DNA of 31,731 bases, from positions 1 through 31,731 of the IMG/VR virus record IMGVR_UViG_3300032294_002612; one strand, written 5' to 3'. The position numbers and the translations under genes were made by a program. How positions within the stretch are numbered: position 1 is the first letter of the stretch; each line of letters opens with the position of its first letter. Shown here piece by piece: positions 26,573-31,731 of this stretch. The stretch is from a virus. The notes below the pieces were generated by a model. It made no database searches. It was not told the origin of the DNA and saw only the letters and a list, made by a program, of their open reading frames with translations.

Positions 26573-27352
26573 ATGAGAAACCTAAACCTAACACTGCACT
26601 GCGGCGGTCACGCCGTGGAATCCACCCAAGTTCAGCAAACCCCTACTCCCGCACCCACGGATTCGTGGATGCCCATCCCGCACTTCGCGCTCATCGAGCG
26701 TCTGCGCGAGATCGTCGGTAGTGCTGGCTTGACCATCACGCAGGAGGCTCACGCCCTTGCTCGTAACGGTCTCCGCTACTTCGGACTTTTCCAAGTCGCG
26801 GGAATCCCCAACTTCTCACAGGAGTCCAACATCGGGACTGTGATCGGCTTGCGTAACTCGCACGACAAGTCGTTTCCCGCTGGCATCAATGCTGGTTCTG
26901 CGCCTTTCGTGTGCGATAACCTCGCGTTCCACAACGAGATCAAAATCGCTCGTCGTCACACCAAGTTCATCATGCGCGACCTTCCTTCGCTGCTTTCGGG
27001 CGCGTTCGGAAAGTTGCTCAACACTTGGGGCAACAACGCCAAGCGCATCGAGGCTTACCAGTCTTGCGCGCTCAAGGACGTTCAAGCGCACGACCTCATC
27101 GCCAAGGCTTACCGCTGTGGCGCAGTGAGCAAGACCGCTCTGGCGGACGTTCTCGACCAGTGGCACAACCCCGAACACGCCGAGTGGTCGGAGCAGAAGA
27201 ACCTCTGGGGTCTTCACAACTCCTTCACCAACGTCATGCGCGGAAACGTGCTCGCGTTGCCCAAGCGTAGCGATGCGCTTCACGGACTTCTCGACCCTAT
27301 CGCTGGCGTAGCGCTGGCGAGGGCGGAAGACGCCGAGGCCATCACGGTCTAA
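26573..27352 (+). CDS. DUF932-family protein
   Basis: PIPHFALI...GLRNSHDKSFP...FVCDNLAF...RRHT...NLWGLHNSFT. Confidence 0.8.
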   Translation: MRNLNLTLHCGGHAVESTQVQQTPTPAPTDSWMPIPHFALIERLREIVGSAGLTITQEAHALARNGLRYFGLFQVAGIPNFSQESNIGTVIGLRNSHDKSFPAGINAGSAPFVCDNLAFHNEIKIARRHTKFIMRDLPSLLSGAFGKLLNTWGNNAKRIEAYQSCALKDVQAHDLIAKAYRCGAVSKTALADVLDQWHNPEHAEWSEQKNLWGLHNSFTNVMRGNVLALPKRSDALHGLLDPIAGVALARAEDAEAITV

Positions 27353-27373
27353 ATTCTGAGACGCACAAAAGGG

Positions 27374-27403
27374 CTTGACAGGGCAACCTGTCAAGCTTTT
27401 TTC
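27374..27403 (+). terminator. Rho-independent terminator
   Basis: GCTTGACAGG-GCAA-CCTGTCAAGC-TTTTT. Confidence 0.85.
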
Positions 27404-27424
27404 TTTGTAAAAATTCATTGTTAT

Positions 27425-27501
27425 GTAAGTCGTTCATTTCCAGGCACTTACGCCGCCGCGCCCCGCCGCCGTGCGTAACTCGTTGAGTATCAGCCACTTA
27501 C
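27425..27501 (+). repeat. 77-bp intergenic element, copy 8
   Basis: GTAAGTCGTTCATTTCCAGGCACTTAC-GCCGCCGCGCCCCGCCGCCGTGC-GTAACTCGTTGAGTATCAGCCACTTAC. Confidence 0.92.
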
Positions 27502-27560
27502 ATTTTAATGCAAAAATATCTTGACGCCGCGCACAAAACAAGTTACCTTGAGGCTTCACC

Positions 27561-27887
27561 ATGACACTAAATGAAATCCAAGCCATTGCCAACCTCACCG
27601 CAAAATTTCTCGGACTCTCAATCAAACCCAAGGCCGAAATTACTACCAATAAACGAGGCCGCGCCTACACCACGCAGGGCCGCTTCAACATTCCAGAGTG
27701 GGCCTTCAAGCACGGAGAAAAGTTTGTCATCTACTACGTTGTCCACGAAGTCTGTCACTTCTATGGAGGGACATTAGATCACGGCAAACTATTTTGTCAA
27801 GTCGAAGATCGCGCACTAAAATTTTGGGGGCTTTACATTCAACGCAAAAAAGTTTATCCTGAACCTCACTCAATATTCAAACTATGA
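27561..27887 (+). CDS. SprT/YgjP-like zinc metalloprotease domain protein
   Basis: RGRAY...YYVVHEVCH...DHGKLF. Confidence 0.72.
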   Translation: MTLNEIQAIANLTAKFLGLSIKPKAEITTNKRGRAYTTQGRFNIPEWAFKHGEKFVIYYVVHEVCHFYGGTLDHGKLFCQVEDRALKFWGLYIQRKKVYPEPHSIFKL

Positions 27888-28129
27888 AAACCATCACGCC
27901 ATCAGACACAAGAGGAGAAATGCTCGTCATTGGAGACTATGTTAAATACAATGATATTGTATGGGAGATAGTCGATTTTGAAGATGGAAGCGGAAAATAC
28001 TGGGACGACGACTACGAAGAACACGCGAGCCTGTTATTGAGTCCAAGATCCCAAGAAGGTGAAAATATTTGGATAGAGGATTATGAAGTTGAGCAAACTG
28101 AACATCAACAATTATATTTTGAATTATGA
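27884..28129 (+). CDS. Acidic hypothetical protein
   Basis: 81 aa, ATGA-coupled to the upstream gene. Confidence 0.65.
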   Translation: MKTITPSDTRGEMLVIGDYVKYNDIVWEIVDFEDGSGKYWDDDYEEHASLLLSPRSQEGENIWIEDYEVEQTEHQQLYFEL

Positions 28130-28218
28130 AAGCTATTGTTCTATTTGTCGCCCTACCTGTTACTATTTTGGTTTGGTCGTTTGCTATTTATGGTGTGATT
28201 AATTTTTTGGGGTGGTAG
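28126..28218 (+). CDS. 30-aa membrane peptide
   Basis: MKAIVLFVALPVTILVWSFAIYGVINFLGW; ATGA-coupled, ends inside the tRNA. Confidence 0.45.
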   Translation: MKAIVLFVALPVTILVWSFAIYGVINFLGW

Positions 28219-28281
28219 CTCAATGGTTAGAGCGTGCGGCTCATAATCGCTTGGTTGTCGGTTCGAATCCGACCCGCCCCA
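28209..28281 (+). tRNA. tRNA with CAU anticodon, probably Ile2 (lysidine type)
   Basis: GGGGTGG/CCGCCCC; GCGGCTCATAATCGCTTGGT resembles the bacterial ileX arm; GTCGG-TTCGAAT-CCGAC. Confidence 0.88.
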
Positions 28282-28357
28282 CATCTATTTGAATATCAAT
28301 GACTTACAGATGCGAGTCGGGCGCGCCGCCGTAACTATTTGGCGATCAAGCACTTAC
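28281..28357 (-). repeat. 77-bp intergenic element, copy 9 (core inverted)
   Basis: The minus strand reads ...GTTAC-GGCGGCGCGCCCGACTCGCATCT-GTAAGTCATTGATATTCAA. Confidence 0.85.
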
Positions 28358-28400
28358 AAAAATACTTGACACAGATCACAAAACCCCATAGTATTTAGGT

Positions 28401-28661
28401 ATGCAAGATTACAAATTGCCCAAAGACACCTACTCCTCCGCTCGCTATGACGAGTTGCACTTTGCCGTTGCACACTACGGAACACAGATGCACAGAGGCT
28501 TGTGGGATATGCTCGTTGACGCTGGTATGACCAAACGCCAAATTTTTTCTGAATACATGAAAGTTATTCGCACTACTACGGCTGTCAACAATGACATCCT
28601 GCATTGTGTTGGAGCTTTCAAGACAAAAAAACCTACGGACAATGTAATGTTTTCAAGATAA
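28401..28661 (+). CDS. Hypothetical protein
   Basis: 86 aa; TTGACA-17-TAGTAT-6-ATG. Confidence 0.75.
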   Translation: MQDYKLPKDTYSSARYDELHFAVAHYGTQMHRGLWDMLVDAGMTKRQIFSEYMKVIRTTTAVNNDILHCVGAFKTKKPTDNVMFSR

Positions 28662-28699
28662 CCTATTGACAACCCAACCAAAACCAAGTAAGATCATAA

Positions 28700-29575
28700 A
28701 TGATGAAAACGCTAAACGCACTAATCAAAACCGACGAGTCCATCACCGCAGTTCTTGATGGAGTTCCCAAGACGATGAGTTGTAACCATCCGTCTTTCAC
28801 CGAGGCGATCACTTGCCTCGCTACTGGAGACTACGAAACTCTCGACACCTTGTTCGATGTTTCCGAGTCTATCACCCGCAAGTTCAATGCCGATAATGTC
28901 GGCGGTGTGGAGATCACCGATGGTGTGATCTACTACCAAGGCGAACCTGTCCACAACTATGTCGTTGATCGTATCTTCGACTTCATGGACGAGGGCTTGC
29001 CGTTCCAACCGCTTGCGAAGTTCCTTGGCAAACTCATGGAGAATCCTTCTCGCCGTGCGGTTTCGGAGCTTTACACGTTCCTTGAACACAAGCATCTTCC
29101 GATCTGTGAGGATGGCGACTTCCTTGCTTACAAGAGTGTTCGCCAAGACTATATGGATCACCATAGCGGCAAGTTCTTCAATGGTGTTGGTGAGGTCTTG
29201 GAAATGCCTCGCAACGCTGTCTGCGACGATGCCGATGTGGGTTGCTCTTACGGCTTCCATGCTGGTAGTCATGCGTATGCCAGCACTTTCGGTGGCGGCG
29301 ACTCGCGCCTTGTGATCGTCAAGATCAATCCTGCCGATGTTGTGTCGGTTCCGAAAGATTGCAACTGTCAGAAGTTGCGGACTTCACGCTACGAGGTTGT
29401 CAAGGACTTTGAGCGTGTGTATCGTAGTCCACTCAATACGGAGTTCACTCCAGACTGGCATCGTAGCGAATACGATGACGAGGACTACGAGGATGAGGAT
29501 TCTGGTTGCACGGACAAAAACTGCAACTACCATAATGTGAGGGATAGCAAAGGCCGCTTCATGCGGAAGCGGTAG
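28700..29575 (+). CDS. rIIB: RIIB-like protein
   Basis: ICEDGDFLAYKSVRQDY...CSYGFHAG...VKINPADVVSVPKD...KLRTSRYEVV. Confidence 0.85.
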   Translation: MMKTLNALIKTDESITAVLDGVPKTMSCNHPSFTEAITCLATGDYETLDTLFDVSESITRKFNADNVGGVEITDGVIYYQGEPVHNYVVDRIFDFMDEGLPFQPLAKFLGKLMENPSRRAVSELYTFLEHKHLPICEDGDFLAYKSVRQDYMDHHSGKFFNGVGEVLEMPRNAVCDDADVGCSYGFHAGSHAYASTFGGGDSRLVIVKINPADVVSVPKDCNCQKLRTSRYEVVKDFERVYRSPLNTEFTPDWHRSEYDDEDYEDEDSGCTDKNCNYHNVRDSKGRFMRKR

Positions 29576-29592
29576 TCGGTGGTGCGACAAAA

Positions 29593-29631
29593 GGGGGTGA
29601 GGCTTGTGGTGGGCCTCACCCCCAACTTTTT
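29593..29631 (+). terminator. Rho-independent terminator
   Basis: GGGGGTGAGGC-loop-GCCTCACCCCC-AACTTTTT. Confidence 0.8.
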
Positions 29632-29649
29632 GTAGGCATTGTGTTTGTT

Positions 29650-29726
29650 GTAAGTTGTTCTTATTCAACTACTTGCATCGCCGCGCCCCGCCGCGCCGCG
29701 TAAGTCGTTGGTATTCAACGTGTTAA
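29650..29726 (+). repeat. 77-bp intergenic element, copy 10
   Basis: GTAAGTTGTTCTTATTCAACTACTTGC-ATCGCCGCGCCCCGCCGCGCCGC-GTAAGTCGTTGGTATTCAACGTGTTAA. Confidence 0.92.
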
Positions 29727-29796
29727 ATTTTTTTGCAAAAACTGCTTGCCATATCACTCAAATACCGCTATTCTAAAAACTCAACCTACTACTACA

Positions 29797-31731
29797 ATGA
29801 TCGTTACACAAACCAAAGCTAATGTCGTCACGCAAGGTGTTCAAGGTGCTGTTTCTTTCGGCATCAAACAAGAAGGTCTTGCCCACATCTTCAACGTCCT
29901 CCGCAACCAGTTGTATTCGGACAAGATTCTTGCAGTCTTGCGCGAGTATTCCTGTAACGCTGTTGACGCTCACACGGAAGCAGGACACAATCGCCCGATT
30001 GAGGTCACGCTTCCTTCTCGTCTGTCTCTGGAACTCAAGATTCGTGACTATGGCACGGGCCTTTCCGAAACTGACATTCAAGAGATTTATGCTTTCTATG
30101 GTGAATCAACGAAGCGTAAGAGCAACTCCCTCATCGGGCAGTTAGGTCTTGGCAGTAAGTCCGCTTTTGCCTATGGTGACAACTTTGTCATCAATAGCTA
30201 CTACAACGGCGTCAAGACTATCTACAACGCTTACATTGATCCCTCGCAGATCGGTCAAATCGCTAAACTCGCATCTGCTTCGACTAACGAAGCGAATGGT
30301 GTTGAAATTGTGATTCCGGTCAAACCCGCCGACTGCGAAAATTTCGTCAATACTGCTCGTAGCTTGTTCACCTTCTTCAAGGTCAAGCCTATCGTGCGCG
30401 GTGCTGCTAACTTCACTTACGAAGAAAAGCCTTCCATTTATAGTGGCGCGGATTGGCGCATCTTCAAGGCAGATCGTAACTCCTATGGTCGTAACTGCGT
30501 TGCTGTCATGGGCAATATCGGCTACACCATTTCCTCGTCTGCTCTCAAACTCGATGAGAACAATGATGCCGAGGCAACTATCGAACGCTTGCTGTCTAAC
30601 TGCGACATTCAACTCGACGTTCCGATTGGCGAACTCGACATCGCGGCCTCGCGTGAAGGTTTGCAATACACGGATCGCACCATTGACAATATCAAAAAGC
30701 GCATCCTTGTCATTCGTGACTTCCTCGTTGCTGACATTACCAAGCAACTCAAAGGCGCACAAAGTCTGTGGTCGTTCAAGCGTATGCTTGGTGAAATGCA
30801 CAACTTCAATAGTCCCTACTATGTTGTGTGTAACGCTATGCGCGGCAAAAATGGTTACGATTACAACGGCAAATCTGTCAAAGACTATACCATCAACTTC
30901 AATAACTCTCGCGGTTTCAAACTTTACACTCCGCGCAAAGGTTACATGAATGGTTCTTACATTGTGAAAGGCAGTAAGAACGAGGACTTGACTCACCTTG
31001 TTACGCTCGACAGCGGCATGGTCATCGTGGAGAACACGAAGAAGATCAAGACGCAGATCGTCAACCACATCTTCCCCATGCTTCAGAATGATGGTAAGGT
31101 GATCGTGTTTGAGCCGCTTAATGCTGCTGATCGTAAGAAACAGATGGACGCTCTTGGCCTTGCTGACTCTGACATCGTTGACATGGCAACCTTGCCCAAG
31201 GTGTTGCTGCCTCGCGCAACTCGTCGTGCGAGCAACAATGCCCTCATGGTTAATCGCAGCAAACACACCAGCAAAGTGTTTTCGATTGATCCTAACTCCA
31301 AAAGTCTCTCGTCCTATCACAAGGTCAAGAGTGACTACTGGATGGAAGATGATCTCGACCTGTCCTCGCTCGATCCCAAGAAATACTGCTACGTTGAGAT
31401 TGAGCGATTCATGGGTAAGATCGACGGACATGAAATCAACCCGACAAGTCTAATGTCTTGCTGTGCCAAGATTGAAACTCTTGCCAAACTTACCAAAGCT
31501 AAAGGTATCGTTGCTCCTATCATCGTCGGTATCAAAGGTGGCGGCACTACGCTTAACAAAGCCAAGATGAGCAAACTCATGGACTTCAAAACTTTCTTCA
31601 CCAATGCGTTGAAGGAGATCGAAGCTCAAGCCAATGTCGGTGAGGTTCTCTACTCCGACGAAATCTACAACAAGTTTGCCAGCAAGAACCAATGCTTGCG
31701 CGGAGAACTCCGCAAACTGGTCAACGCCAAC
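29797..31731 (+). CDS. rIIA: RIIA-like protein with GHKL ATPase domain (runs off the right end; absent from the ORF track)
   Basis: Manual translation MIVTQTKAN...LYSDKILAVLREYSCNAVDAH...IRDYGTGLS...YGESTKRKSNSLIGQLGLGSKSAFAY; adjacent to rIIB. Confidence 0.88.
   Translation, partial: MIVTQTKANVVTQGVQGAVSFGIKQEGLAHIFNVLRNQLYSDKILAVLREYSCNAVDAHTEAGHNRPIEVTLPSRLSLELKIRDYGTGLSETDIQEIYAFYGESTKRKSNSLIGQLGLGSKSAFAYGDNFVINSYYNGVKTIYNAYIDPSQIGQIAKLASASTNEANGVEIVIPVKPADCENFVNTARSLFTFFKVKPIVRGAANFTYEEKPSIYSGADWRIFKADRNSYGRNCVAVMGNIGYTISSSALKLDENNDAEATIERLLSNCDIQLDVPIGELDIAASREGLQYTDRTIDNIKKRILVIRDFLVADITKQLKGAQSLWSFKRMLGEMHNFNSPYYVVCNAMRGKNGYDYNGKSVKDYTINFNNSRGFKLYTPRKGYMNGSYIVKGSKNEDLTHLVTLDSGMVIVENTKKIKTQIVNHIFPMLQNDGKVIVFEPLNAADRKKQMDALGLADSDIVDMATLPKVLLPRATRRASNNALMVNRSKHTSKVFSIDPNSKSLSSYHKVKSDYWMEDDLDLSSLDPKKYCYVEIERFMGKIDGHEINPTSLMSCCAKIETLAKLTKAKGIVAPIIVGIKGGGTTLNKAKMSKLMDFKTFFTNALKEIEAQANVGEVLYSDEIYNKFASKNQCLRGELRKLVNAN

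Noticed and set aside
17908-29726. 77-bp repeats as a CRISPR array
   Set aside because: The intervals are 0.5-2.3 kb of genes, the repeats are degenerate, and no cas genes are in the window.
17908-29726. 77-bp repeats as integron attC sites or terminators
   Set aside because: No conserved RYYYAAC/GTTRRRY ends and no integrase in the window. There is no U-tract, and separate terminators precede copies 4, 8 and 10.
30142-31431. 429-aa minus-strand ORF, and other long antisense ORFs at 16718, 18363, 25509, 26816 and 28721
   Set aside because: These are shadows of plus-strand genes that have recognisable motifs and/or their own promoters.
1-31731. Stop-codon reassignment or a diversity-generating retroelement
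   Set aside because: Core genes are intact in the standard code. There is no reverse transcriptase and no adenine-specific TR/VR pair that I could see.

Overview
This window is part of a large tailed-phage genome with two divergent halves that meet in a non-coding junction at about 16.24-16.56 kb. The left half (1-16.2 kb) is AT-rich and mostly minus-strand. It carries tail-fibre/virion proteins, portal, terminase large subunit, a C2H2-ERCC4 nuclease, a phage sigma factor, a plant-type LRR protein, PhoH and Hsp20, and many of these genes are preceded by a GTGTAA motif (candidate late promoter). The right half (16.6-31.7 kb) is more GC-rich and plus-strand. It is an early/host-takeover-like region of small genes, most with their own sigma70-type promoter and a leaderless start, and includes a GP88-like protein, an HhH glycosylase, DUF932, a SprT-like protease, a WYL-like protein, an HNH nuclease, three tRNAs, rIIB and rIIA. 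The most unusual signal is a 77-bp element found 10 times between gene modules. It consists of a 27-bp IHF-like palindromic arm, an always-23-bp GC core and a second 27-bp arm; four copies carry a sigma54-like box at identical spacing. An ~840-nt ORF-poor, highly structured putative ncRNA region lies between the WYL-like gene and tRNA-Cys. All family calls are from motifs recognised by eye; no searches were run.
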